A program made the position numbers and the translations under genes. Shown piece after piece: positions 17,740 to 25,421 of a stretch of 27,795 bases of DNA (positions within the stretch are counted from its first letter, which is position 1; the number at the start of each line of letters is the position of its first letter). Source of the DNA: Anaerolineae bacterium (GTDB lineage: Bacteria > Chloroflexota > Anaerolineae > Caldilineales > Caldilineaceae). The DNA is taken from the NCBI GenBank assembly GCA_038324715.1, contig JBBQIG010000001.1, positions 1 through 27,795 of the forward strand. Reading direction: 5' to 3'. The notes below the pieces were generated by a model. The model saw nothing but the letters and a program-made list of their open reading frames with translations, was not told the DNA's origin and searched no databases.

Positions 17740-17865
17740 ATGCTAAAAAATCTCGAACGTAAACAAGTCTGGGCAATGCGCACCAAACATGTACGAGCAA
17801 TACCGCCTCAGCCTGTTTTGCAAGTGAGTAACGATTCGACGATTCGATTATTTGTTTTATCATGA
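17740..17865 (+). CDS. Possible small protein, 41 aa (MLKNLERKQVWAMRTKHVRAIPPQPVLQVSNDSTIRLFVLS)
   Basis: ATG with upstream GAAGGTAGG in an otherwise empty 660-bp gap. No recognisable family. Confidence 0.2.
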   Translation: MLKNLERKQVWAMRTKHVRAIPPQPVLQVSNDSTIRLFVLS

Positions 17866-17895
17866 TGCAGATTGAGGCGCGCTGCTTAGCGTACC

Positions 17896-17931
17896 CTGTT
17901 CAAACCTTTGAACAGATACCGAACAGATGCC
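17896..17931. promoter_or_regulatory. Palindromic putative operator
   Basis: CTGTTCAAA-CC-TTTGAACAG perfect inverted repeat overlapping the tandem repeat GAACAGATACC/GAACAGATGCC. Confidence 0.45.
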
Positions 17932-18099
17932 ATAGTTTGCCATAACCCGCACCAGTGTGCAACTCGTCTAAATTTGGGTACTTTTTAACATTTGACAAAC
18001 CTTTCAGGCGCGACTTTACGTGTCTATGCGCCACACATTTGACAGCCCTTTTTCTGCAAAACTGTCGCAATAGCGCACAAAGGATTGCAGGATCGCCCT

Positions 18100-18145
18100 A
18101 AAAACGGCAGATCGGGAGCCATCATCCCCCCGATCTGCGGTTTTT
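18100..18145. terminator. Intrinsic terminator-like hairpin lying between divergent genes
   Basis: GCAGATCGGG / CCCGATCTGC 10-bp stem with A5 on the left and T5 on the right. Confidence 0.7.
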
Positions 18146-18204
18146 AATGTAAAGATTCCAGTAATTTGCCAATAAATTCGCTAAAGTATCCACGAATATA
18201 TCCA

Positions 18205-18232
18205 CTGCTGTATCTAATTTCTGCTGTATCTA
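18205..18232 (+). repeat. 12-bp direct repeat adjoining the RBS of the creatininase-family gene
   Basis: CTGCTGTATCTA at 18205 and 18221 (period 16), then AAGGAG. Confidence 0.7.
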
Positions 18233-18251
18233 GTAAGGAGAAGGTACAATA

Positions 18252-19091
18252 ATGTCCGACGATCAAATTCTTTTTGTGCAAAAAGGCCCAGCCACCCTAC
18301 CAGAAATGACTGGACCCGAAGTCCAGGAGATGCTCAAACGAACCGATGTCGTACTGATCCCTGTGGGCGCTACCGAGGATCATGGGGCGCATTTACCTTT
18401 GGGCACAGATAGCATGGAGGCACGCGAAATTTGCCGACGCACCGCCATTCTTTTGGCCGAACAAGGATGTCCTGTGGTCATTGGCCCAGTAATCCCGTTT
18501 GGCACATCCAGCTTTCATCTAGGCTTCCCTGGCACCGTCAGCATTAGCGCCAGCACCCTGATCACCTTGCTTAAAGAAGTCTGCTTAAGCCTCTACCAGG
18601 GCGGATTCCGCAATTTTGTCTTTATCCACGGACACGATGGCAATCTCCCCTCTATGATGGTCGCCGCCCAAGAGTTGGTAGACGCCACACCTGATGCCAA
18701 AGCCTGTGTCCTCAATTGGATGGTCGCCCTCAGCAAGGTCTATCACACCATTCAAGTCTCTAAAAAAGGTGAAAGTCATGGCGGTGAAGGTGAAACTGCA
18801 CGCCTGTTAGTCACGCATCCAGAACTTGTCTACCCAGAAAAGGGTACAGCGTTCTACCTAGAACCCGAAGATCTACGCAAGATTCAAAGCCCCGAACACA
18901 TGAAGACTGGTGGCGGCATCTATTATGGCGTTCGCTCTTATAAAGACCTCACGCCCTATGGACATATTGGCGACCCCACGCTGGCAAAAGAAGAGACGGG
19001 CGACAAGGGCTATACCGCCATCGTTGATTGGTTGAGCATGGTGATCAAGCGCGATTTCTTTGATGAAGTCGCTACCCATACACAAGGATAA
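18252..19091 (+). CDS. Creatininase-family amidohydrolase
   Basis: PVGATEDHGAHLPLGTD, FPGTVS, HGHDGN, HGGEGET and GHIGDPT; AAGGAG RBS. Confidence 0.9.
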   Translation: MSDDQILFVQKGPATLPEMTGPEVQEMLKRTDVVLIPVGATEDHGAHLPLGTDSMEAREICRRTAILLAEQGCPVVIGPVIPFGTSSFHLGFPGTVSISASTLITLLKEVCLSLYQGGFRNFVFIHGHDGNLPSMMVAAQELVDATPDAKACVLNWMVALSKVYHTIQVSKKGESHGGEGETARLLVTHPELVYPEKGTAFYLEPEDLRKIQSPEHMKTGGGIYYGVRSYKDLTPYGHIGDPTLAKEETGDKGYTAIVDWLSMVIKRDFFDEVATHTQG

Positions 19092-19113
19092 GCACGAAAA
19101 AGGGGATGCAAAG

Positions 19114-20148
19114 ATGAAGATGGAACGGCAACCGCTGGGTCAAAGCTCACTGATGGCAACACCCTTAGGACTTGGTTTAGCCGCATTGGGGCGACCGGGC
19201 TATATCACGCTGGGTCACGCTGCTGATCTCCAAGCCAGCCAACAGTCTGACGGCTATTCTGTCGCCGCCATGCAAGAGCAGACCCATCTTATACTTGACC
19301 AAGCGTGGGCTGCGGGCATCCGTTACTTCGATACCGCTCGCTCCTATGGGCGCGCCGAGGAATTTTTGGGAAATTGGCTGGCAAATCGCATCTTTACAGA
19401 GGTCGATTTGCCAGTTGTCGCCTCCAAATGGGGCTATACCTATACCGCTGATTGGCGCGTGGAGGCGCAACAGCATGAGGTTAAAGATCACACGCTGCCC
19501 GTGCTACAACGCCAATGGCAAGAGAGCCAACAGAACTTAGGTGCTTTCCTAGCTCTCTATCAAATTCATTCGGCGACGCTGGAAAGCGGTGTCTTGACGC
19601 GCACAGAGGTATTGGCAGAGTTAGCCGCCATCAAGGGCAGAGGGAAACGCATTGGTCTTTCACTGAGTGGCGAAAATCAAAGCGAGGTGCTGGCTGCGGC
19701 GATGGAGGTCGCCGTTGACGGGGCACCTCTTTTCGATACAGTACAGGCCACGTGGAATCTGTTGGAGCCTTCGTGTGGGCCGATGCTAGAAGCGGCACAT
19801 CAGGCAGGAATGGGCATTATCATCAAAGAAGCGCTCGCCAATGGCCGTTTGACCGATCGCAATCAAGAACCAACCTTTGCACCCCAGCTAGCCCGTCTCA
19901 CAGCCATCGCTAATTGCCAGGGTACTGTGGGAAGTAAAGTAACAGTGGATGCAGTGGCATTGGCAGCAGTTCTCGCACAACCGTGGGCGAATGTCGTCCT
20001 GAGTGGCGCAACAACCACTGACCAGCTACGTTCAAACCTAAGTGCGCTTGATCTGTCACTCACATCAAGCGACTGGGAGGAGCTAGGCACGCTCGCCGAA
20101 TCACCACGCCAATACTGGGCAGCGCGCAGCAACCTTGCTTGGAATTAG
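19114..20148 (+). CDS. Aldo/keto reductase
   Basis: GLGLAALGRPGY, GIRYFDTARSYGRAE, VASKWGY, LYQIHSA, VQATWNL and VVLSGATT. Start at 19114 or 19120 with AGGGG RBS. Confidence 0.9.
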   Translation: MKMERQPLGQSSLMATPLGLGLAALGRPGYITLGHAADLQASQQSDGYSVAAMQEQTHLILDQAWAAGIRYFDTARSYGRAEEFLGNWLANRIFTEVDLPVVASKWGYTYTADWRVEAQQHEVKDHTLPVLQRQWQESQQNLGAFLALYQIHSATLESGVLTRTEVLAELAAIKGRGKRIGLSLSGENQSEVLAAAMEVAVDGAPLFDTVQATWNLLEPSCGPMLEAAHQAGMGIIIKEALANGRLTDRNQEPTFAPQLARLTAIANCQGTVGSKVTVDAVALAAVLAQPWANVVLSGATTTDQLRSNLSALDLSLTSSDWEELGTLAESPRQYWAARSNLAWN

Positions 20149-20160
20149 AACCGCGTCTCG

Positions 20161-20190
20161 TTCGACTCTATGTTTTTCGACTCTGTGTTT
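20161..20190. repeat. 15-bp tandem duplication in a convergent intergenic gap
   Basis: TTCGACTCTATGTTT / TTCGACTCTGTGTTT, 1 mismatch. Confidence 0.75.
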
Positions 20191-20202
20191 ATAGTCCACT
20201 GT

Positions 20203-21030
20203 TTATGGCCCAGTGGCTTGAATATATTCTTCCACGTCTACATTGTAGACCACATCTTCCAAGCGGAAGAGTGCCCAAGGTGTGCCCTCGTCGAACCATG
20301 TAACTGCACCAACAGCAGGGACTTTACTGCCACTGATAGAAGTCCACTCTGAAGCTCTGTTGAGCCATAGAATTTTAGCGCCGCCCGCAGCATCTTTGTA
20401 ACGCATGGATTCCATGAGTTGGAGCATGCCCGTATCTGGACTAAAACGTACCACGAAATTCTGCTCATCTTCACCAAAAGGCACGACGAGCAGCGCGGTC
20501 TCCTCATCAATTGCTTCCCATCGTACCCGCGGATCGGTAATCCAAAGGGCAGGAAACCAAATAGCTTCAGCCCACAAGGCCAAATTAGCCCCCTGATCTA
20601 TTTGAGCACCTTCGCTAATCCCAAAAGGCAATTCCATGCGACCTTTGCCACCTAAAAAATTTTCATTGATTTTCATCAAAGGTAGGCCAAAGAAGGTGGT
20701 CTCGATGTAATGACGGTACGCTTGACCTACTTCATGTGTAAAACGAAAACGCGCAGGAAGGGTGACCCCACTTACTCGTAGAGTCGCTCGACCTGTAACC
20801 ACGGCGGACTCAATCACAGGCACAGTGTCACCATAAAGTTGCTGGTAAAAACGCTCCACAGGCACAGGCAAACCTTCAGGCAAAGGGATAGTTCTTCTCC
20901 CGGTTGTGTTTGGAGGAAAAGGCGGGAAGGGTCGGGGCTTTATGCGCAAGCCCAACCAGCCAACCAGTAGAAGGAGAACAAGAACCAGCAACAGAACAGT
21001 CACAAATCGCGTAGGTTTCCTCGCTATCAT
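20203..21030 (-). CDS. DUF6544-like membrane-anchored protein
   Basis: N-terminal TM helix; LPVPVERFY, QGANLALWAEAIWFPA, VRWEAIDE and RYKD patterns recalled from this family. Confidence 0.6.
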   Translation of the reverse strand: MIARKPTRFVTVLLLVLVLLLLVGWLGLRIKPRPFPPFPPNTTGRRTIPLPEGLPVPVERFYQQLYGDTVPVIESAVVTGRATLRVSGVTLPARFRFTHEVGQAYRHYIETTFFGLPLMKINENFLGGKGRMELPFGISEGAQIDQGANLALWAEAIWFPALWITDPRVRWEAIDEETALLVVPFGEDEQNFVVRFSPDTGMLQLMESMRYKDAAGGAKILWLNRASEWTSISGSKVPAVGAVTWFDEGTPWALFRLEDVVYNVDVEEYIQATGP

Positions 21031-21093
21031 ATAGTCGCTTTCATATAATCTCTGGCCCCCTGAATTGCTGAACCATTCAGATCAGCGATGAGC

Positions 21094-21516
21094 TTACTCA
21101 TCATCCCGCCGCACACGACCCCGCAACGACTTTATCTTCCCCCGTTGCGTTTTGCGCTCAACGCGCTTGCGCTTCGATGCTGCCGTCGGTCGAGTTTTAT
21201 ACCGATTCTTGGGACGAATTGCCGCTTGGCGAATAAGGTCAATCAACTGTACCACTGCCGCTTCACGGTTGCGTGTCTGGGATCGGGTCGCCCGCGCATC
21301 AAGAATCAGTACCCCCTCATCCGTCATTCGCTGCCCTGCCAGCTTGATCAGCCGCTGCCGCGCATCTTCAGGCAATGCCGCCTTTGCCACATCATAACGC
21401 AATTGCACCGCGCTAGAGACCTTGTTGACATTTTGGCCCCCAGGCCCCGACGCGCGCACAAACTCAAAGTCTAGATCGTTTTCGTCTATCTCAATCCCAG
21501 GTGCTACGTGAATCAT
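21094..21516 (-). CDS. arfB: Alternative ribosome rescue peptidyl-tRNA hydrolase ArfB (YaeJ)
   Basis: FVRASGPGGQNVNKVSSAVQLR (GGQ), RSQTRNREAA and basic tail KTRPTAASKRKRVERK. Confidence 0.95.
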   Translation of the reverse strand: MIHVAPGIEIDENDLDFEFVRASGPGGQNVNKVSSAVQLRYDVAKAALPEDARQRLIKLAGQRMTDEGVLILDARATRSQTRNREAAVVQLIDLIRQAAIRPKNRYKTRPTAASKRKRVERKTQRGKIKSLRGRVRRDDE

Positions 21517-23309
21517 GCCGCTACCCTTTCTACTTGCATCACCAAGTGGGCTAGCACGCGCAGCAAATCAGGCAGTGCATCCATGCGATACTCACCCATC
21601 AAGGAAATCTGAATCCAATTCTTCTCCACCAAGTAGCGACTTTGATAATTGACCAGAAACCCATGTTCCGCCAAGCCATCCCCCACTGCCACAGAAGAGA
21701 CTCCTGACGGCAGCACAACAGTTGTCACCGCGGGCGATGCCACCGCCTCAGGTGCGCACACACAGAGGCCAGCCTTTCTCAGTGCATCACGCAAGGTTGC
21801 CCCATCGCGCGCAATCAGTTCATACGAGCGCGACCCCAAAGTTTCCAACGCAACCGTCAATGCATAGACTATATTGGTGTTAAGGGTAAAAGGAACCCCG
21901 TTGGCCTGCCGGTAAGTACCTAAATCGAGATAGGCAGGAAGTTGATTCGAGGCAGGTTGCAGTGGCTCGTTGTAAAAGACCATCGCCAATCCCGCAACAG
22001 CCCCCAACGCCTTACCGCTAGTTGAAGTCGCTAAATACAGATCACGCAAATCAAGTTCCACCACGCCCAATGAGCTAATACAATCAACACACAGCTTCAC
22101 GCCGCGGCCTTTGCACAAAGCCGCCAGTCCAGACAGGTCATTGAGTACCCCGGTGGAGGTCTCGCTATGCACACACCAGATCCAGGTAATTGCAGGATCG
22201 GCGGCAAGGTGGGCATCAATCTCTGCCAAAGAAAAACTTTCACCCCAAGGCATCTCCACCCGATCAAAGCATAGCTGCCAACGTTGTGCCTTATCCACCA
22301 ATCGCCGCCCAAACTCACCATTGATCAAGACCAATCCGCGACCCGCCAGCAAAGACAACTGCCCTGCCACTGCCTCGTTCCCCAACGTGCCAGAACCAAA
22401 CAGAAACTCCACATAGCGAGCGCCCACCCTAGTACACAATTGTGACTGCAACGCAGCTACATCGTCGAGAAATTTTCTACTACGGTGCGAAATCATTGGT
22501 TGGCTCATACTTGCCATCACCGCCGCAGGAATATTGACAGGTCCCGGCAAATAGTTGAGGGGCGGATCATAAACAGGCAATTCCACGTTTCCTCTTGGCT
22601 CAATCGCATTCGTCACATTTGCAACTTGCGTAGCAACAGCATTACTTTCTCCATTGCTTTCGCGGTTACTTTCAACCCTACTCGCACCATGCAATGATTT
22701 CACCCAAGGAGTCTGACGCATTGCTGCACTGAGGGTCAAGTACATCGGCTGAAAGTGCGCATCCCCTTTGCCCACCAGCGGTCCAAAGGCGGCAAAACCC
22801 AGATGACGATAAAAGCGCTCTTGGCGCGTCGTGCCAGAGATCAACGCCAGATCATGCCCATGCGCCACAGCATATTGTGCAATCATCTCCATCAGCCCGC
22901 GCATAACCTTACCATTCCGGTGTGCAGGTTGCACATAAAGCAAGCGTATCTCACACAATGACCGGTGAGGTGGCAGATAGCTCTCCAAGTCAGGCAATTT
23001 CTTGTCCAATGAGAAAGGGCGATTGGAGCGCAATGCCAACATCGCCACAACACGCTCCCTTATAGCATTAACATCGCTGTAGGGGGGTGCACTATTGAAG
23101 TTCATGTGCGCAGTTATTTGGTATTCGCTATCCACAGACGAGTCGTCGGAAAGTGCAATGGCATAGCAATTTTCAGCATGAAATTGATCAACCAGCCGCC
23201 GCTCTGGGTTGGCTGCATGTTGGAGAATCTCCTCCACAAAAGCGGTATAATTTAGCCGGTGGATCTGCTCGAATTCAGAATCTTCACTAGCAAACTTGAA
23301 GTGGTACAC
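21513..23309 (-). CDS. Two-domain protein: GNAT-fold N-acyl-amide synthase (FeeM/AHL-synthase-like) fused to a class V PLP aminotransferase
   Basis: aa 1-195: EQIHRLNY..FVEE, RPFSLDKKL, LCEIRLL, ISGTTRQ..FY..LGF. aa ~250-598: LPGPV, SHRS, GSGTLGNE, NGEFG, HSETSTG, VDCISSLG (D409) and SGKALG (K433). GTG start. Confidence 0.88.
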   Translation of the reverse strand: MYHFKFASEDSEFEQIHRLNYTAFVEEILQHAANPERRLVDQFHAENCYAIALSDDSSVDSEYQITAHMNFNSAPPYSDVNAIRERVVAMLALRSNRPFSLDKKLPDLESYLPPHRSLCEIRLLYVQPAHRNGKVMRGLMEMIAQYAVAHGHDLALISGTTRQERFYRHLGFAAFGPLVGKGDAHFQPMYLTLSAAMRQTPWVKSLHGASRVESNRESNGESNAVATQVANVTNAIEPRGNVELPVYDPPLNYLPGPVNIPAAVMASMSQPMISHRSRKFLDDVAALQSQLCTRVGARYVEFLFGSGTLGNEAVAGQLSLLAGRGLVLINGEFGRRLVDKAQRWQLCFDRVEMPWGESFSLAEIDAHLAADPAITWIWCVHSETSTGVLNDLSGLAALCKGRGVKLCVDCISSLGVVELDLRDLYLATSTSGKALGAVAGLAMVFYNEPLQPASNQLPAYLDLGTYRQANGVPFTLNTNIVYALTVALETLGSRSYELIARDGATLRDALRKAGLCVCAPEAVASPAVTTVVLPSGVSSVAVGDGLAEHGFLVNYQSRYLVEKNWIQISLMGEYRMDALPDLLRVLAHLVMQVERVAA

Positions 23310-23411
23310 AGGGACTTCCCCTTCCCAACAAAACCTACAGAACTCCTGGCGGATTTCTATAGCAGCTCTTTTAATAGATATTCCTACAGGCTCTCAGATT
23401 ATGTTCTCAGA

Positions 23412-24002
23412 TTATGTAGAGTGCGAAGAAAGAGGCTGCGGCATGAAACTCGCACGATGTGCAAAAAGCAGCAAAGCTGCCAGCACAACCAGACCGCCCG
23501 CCATAAGATCATCCACGCCCAAAAACCAAGCCACGAGCGGTGTGAGTATCACCGCAATCAATCCAGAACGCGTAAATCTACGCGTTAACGCCAACAAAAC
23601 CAACGCAATGGCTGCAACAATCAGCCCAAGCGTCACATCGAGCATTAAAACGCCACCAAATGCAGTAGATGCGCCCTTGCCACCTCGCCAACCCAATTGG
23701 ATGGGCCATAAATGACCCATGACCACAGCTAGTAGCACAGCAATCAAGCCAACGGAAGACAAACCGGCCCAATTCGCCAGTTGAACTGCCAACGCACCTT
23801 TGATGGCATCAACCAAAAAGGTCGCCACAAATCCACCTTTGCCCAGAATGCGCCCCACATTGCGTGCGCCTGCTGTGCCGCTTCCCAACTGCCGAATATC
23901 TTGGCCTGTGCGCCATCGGACTAGGTAATAGGCAGTAGAGAAACATCCTAATAAGTAGCTTGCTAGAATTACAAGTACGTTCATGATTAGAAATTGATTC
24001 AT
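23412..24002 (-). CDS. PlsY-like acyl-phosphate acyltransferase paralog with divergent motifs
   Basis: YLLG, DIRQLGSGTAGARNVGR, DAIKG, GHLWP and RGGKGAST; motif 3 reads HRAS rather than HxxN. Start at ATG 24002 or 23984. Confidence 0.85.
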   Translation of the reverse strand: MNQFLIMNVLVILASYLLGCFSTAYYLVRWRTGQDIRQLGSGTAGARNVGRILGKGGFVATFLVDAIKGALAVQLANWAGLSSVGLIAVLLAVVMGHLWPIQLGWRGGKGASTAFGGVLMLDVTLGLIVAAIALVLLALTRRFTRSGLIAVILTPLVAWFLGVDDLMAGGLVVLAALLLFAHRASFMPQPLSSHST

Positions 24003-24388
24003 AACAAGTTGACCGGTAGGGTTAACCAATGGACGAGAAACCCAGAGAATGCCCAAAGATAAAGTGAGTAAATCAGTTTGTTTTCTAGCAAACTGTTACA
24101 GGAACCAAGCAGCATAAACGGAAGCAGAGGTACTACTTGTCCACCGTAAGCCTATCACAGACAGCCCTCTGCCTCAAGCGGCAACTTGCCGTCCCCTTGT
24201 CGTCCTTAGCGTTATCTAATGCGCTTTCTAAAGCATCGTCTGATCCACCCATGCCACAACTTGATTGCTCCCCAAAATCTGAGAGAACTATCTCGCAGCA
24301 AAACTTCATAGCAAACTCTGGCTTTGATCTGCCCATTTACCCGCGCCACTCAAGTAAAATTTAAGCAAGCGGTCGATCTCCCATTTTA

Positions 24389-24417
24389 TTGACAAAGCTG
24401 AGCGGCTTTTGTACCAT
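24389..24417 (+). promoter_or_regulatory. Sigma70-type promoter for the GNAT, gabD-like, thrC-like genes
   Basis: TTGACA-17 bp-TACCAT. Confidence 0.65.
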
Positions 24418-24538
24418 GCCTCTATACATACTAAACAACACACCTAAACAATCTCATCAAGATCACCACAATCGAGTAAAATACCTTGCAGTTCTGAATT
24501 TGCGAACCAGTCGCTAGCGAACCCCAGAGGACGCTATT

Positions 24539-25303
24539 TTGATCGAGATAAGCCGTGCGCAACTGGATATGCTGGCTACATGGTTCCGTCCCGAGACCCC
24601 CGGCCCACTACTTATTGGGCCCCACGTCTTACGCACAGGTTTTGGCCGCGCTTGGGTAGATCGCTGGCCCATCGTTCAGGCTCTATTGGTGGAGAGTGCC
24701 TACAACTTCATCTTGATAGGTGACCCTACGGCGCTAGACTCCACAGCGCTGGCAAAGAGAGCAGCGGGTTTCTTGGCCGCCCCCGAAGCCTTTCTCCCCC
24801 TTTTGGAAAGCACCTTTCCCAGCATGAAAAAGTGGCCTCGTCTCATTGGCAAACTTCCTGGCTCCCCCATCCAGCCGCCCCCGGTGCAGGCGGAATTGCG
24901 CCGCTTCCATGCCAACGATGCCAACGATCTCGCCATGCTCAGTGCTGAATCCGTGTGGGTTTCCCAAACGTGGGGTAGTGCAGATCCTTTGGCACAAAGT
25001 GGTTATGGCTGGGGAGCCTGGGTAGGTGGAGTGCTGGTCTCAGTGGCTTGCACCTTCTTTCTGGGCGAAGAATATGAGGACATTGGCGTTGTGACAGAAC
25101 CGGGCTATCAAGGCGAGGGGTTAAGCACTGCCTGCACCTACGAGCTTTGCCTCGACATCATCGCCCGTGGACGCACTCCCAGTTGGTCTACCTCGCTAGA
25201 TAATCAGAATAGTTGGCGTGTTGCACAGAAGCTAGGCTTTGTCCACCAACGCAACGATTGGCTCTACATCGTTGGCCGCGATCTGCCAAAGTCAGAGAGT
25301 TAA
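24539..25303 (+). CDS. GNAT family N-acetyltransferase
   Basis: TTG start with GAGGA RBS; DIGVVTEPGYQGEGLS (AcCoA loop) and DNQNSWRVAQKLGF. Confidence 0.85.
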   Translation: MIEISRAQLDMLATWFRPETPGPLLIGPHVLRTGFGRAWVDRWPIVQALLVESAYNFILIGDPTALDSTALAKRAAGFLAAPEAFLPLLESTFPSMKKWPRLIGKLPGSPIQPPPVQAELRRFHANDANDLAMLSAESVWVSQTWGSADPLAQSGYGWGAWVGGVLVSVACTFFLGEEYEDIGVVTEPGYQGEGLSTACTYELCLDIIARGRTPSWSTSLDNQNSWRVAQKLGFVHQRNDWLYIVGRDLPKSES

Positions 25304-25421
25304 TTTCCAAGTCATTCTTCATTCTTCTAAGTCATTTAAGTCATTCAACGGTTACAACTATTCTATCGAATTGTTTCAACCCGAATAGCTCAACCACAAT
25401 TGTTCAAACTGAGGTAATTTC

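Noticed and set aside
18060-18120. Guanidine/ykkC riboswitch upstream of the creatininase-family gene
   Set aside because: Only a loose ACGGC...CGGGAG resemblance; the conserved core is missing and the segment is explained by the terminator arm.
18252-19091. Mycofactocin MftE assignment
   Set aside because: No mftA-D or mftF genes in the neighbourhood.
24099-24115. SRP RNA (CAGG...AGCAGC)
   Set aside because: Lacks the GNRA-capped helix between CAGG and AGCAGC.
24133-24364. Two short ORFs in the plsY-like/GNAT intergenic region
   Set aside because: They are mutually antisense, have no recognisable motif or convincing RBS, and the region is needed for divergent promoters.
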